Part shown: piece after piece, positions 6,533 through 6,622 of the stretch
Numbering within the stretch: the stretch's first letter is position 1
Layout of the letters: every line of letters starts with the position of its first letter
Notes under the pieces: generated by a model
Databases searched by the model: none
Seen by the model: the letters and a program-made list of their open reading frames with translations, nothing else
What the model was told of the DNA's origin: nothing
Program-made: the position numbers and the translations under genes
DNA from: a virus
Taxonomy: Duplodnaviria > Heunggongvirae > Uroviricota > Caudoviricetes
Reading direction: 5' to 3' (one strand)
Virus record (IMG/VR): IMGVR_UViG_2648501392_000016
Location: 1-6,622 of that record
Length of the DNA stretch: 6,622 bases

Positions 6533-6622
6533 ACCGCCCCGGGAATCCTGGAGACTAAACTTCCTGAGAAAGAGGTAAACAGGATGACTAAAAATACTCG
6601 TTTTTCCCCTGAAGTCCGTCAA
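6530..6622 (+). mobile_element. IS3-family insertion sequence (IS629/IS1203-like), left end; continues beyond the window
   Basis: Terminal sequence TGAACCGCCCCGGG... and an OrfA N-terminus MTKNTRFSPEVRQ recalled as the IS629/IS1203 group; 5'-TG terminus is typical of the IS3 family. Confidence 0.7.
6584..6622 (+). CDS. IS3-family transposase OrfA (partial, N-terminal 13 codons in window)
   Basis: GAGG RBS at 6572-6575 then ATG 6584; translation MTKNTRFSPEVRQ matches the remembered OrfA start of IS629-like elements. Truncated by the window edge. Confidence 0.7.
   Translation, partial: MTKNTRFSPEVRQ

Noticed and set aside
6173-6622. 149-aa minus-strand ORF spanning the IS boundary
   Set aside because: It crosses the IS terminus and the terminator hairpin, and is antisense to the IS OrfA start. 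A real gene is unlikely to span a mobile-element junction like this.
1-6622. Absence of GCCGGC sites as evidence of site avoidance by the R-M system
   Set aside because: By manual scan I found no GCCGGC and only two RCCGGY sites (ACCGGC 1469-1474, ACCGGT 5084-5089). A 6-mer is expected only about once or twice in 6.6 kb, so the absence is not statistically meaningful and the count needs to be redone by computer.

Overview
This window looks like part of a lambdoid (Rac-like) prophage of an enterobacterial host, with every supportable gene on the + strand. It begins with a replication module (bp 25-1848): an initiator-like gene that carries two phased GTCACG iteron arrays and a 12-bp tandem repeat inside its coding sequence, followed by a DnaC/IstB-like AAA+ helicase loader. 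Two phage proteins of unknown function follow (1870-3081). After a 153-bp gap the sequence appears more A+T-rich by eye and encodes a three-gene cargo island: a QueH-family (DUF208) Fe-S protein (3235-3921), a C5-cytosine DNA methyltransferase (4100-5224) and an NgoMIV/Cfr10I-family type II restriction endonuclease (5238-6116), closed by an intrinsic terminator (6189-6214). A short ORF then runs into the left end of an IS3-family (IS629/IS1203-like) element that continues past the window edge. The most interesting item is the QueH-like gene sitting directly upstream of the R-M pair; any functional link between them is hypothesis only. All calls rest on motif recognition from memory and manual reading, with no database search or computed statistics.
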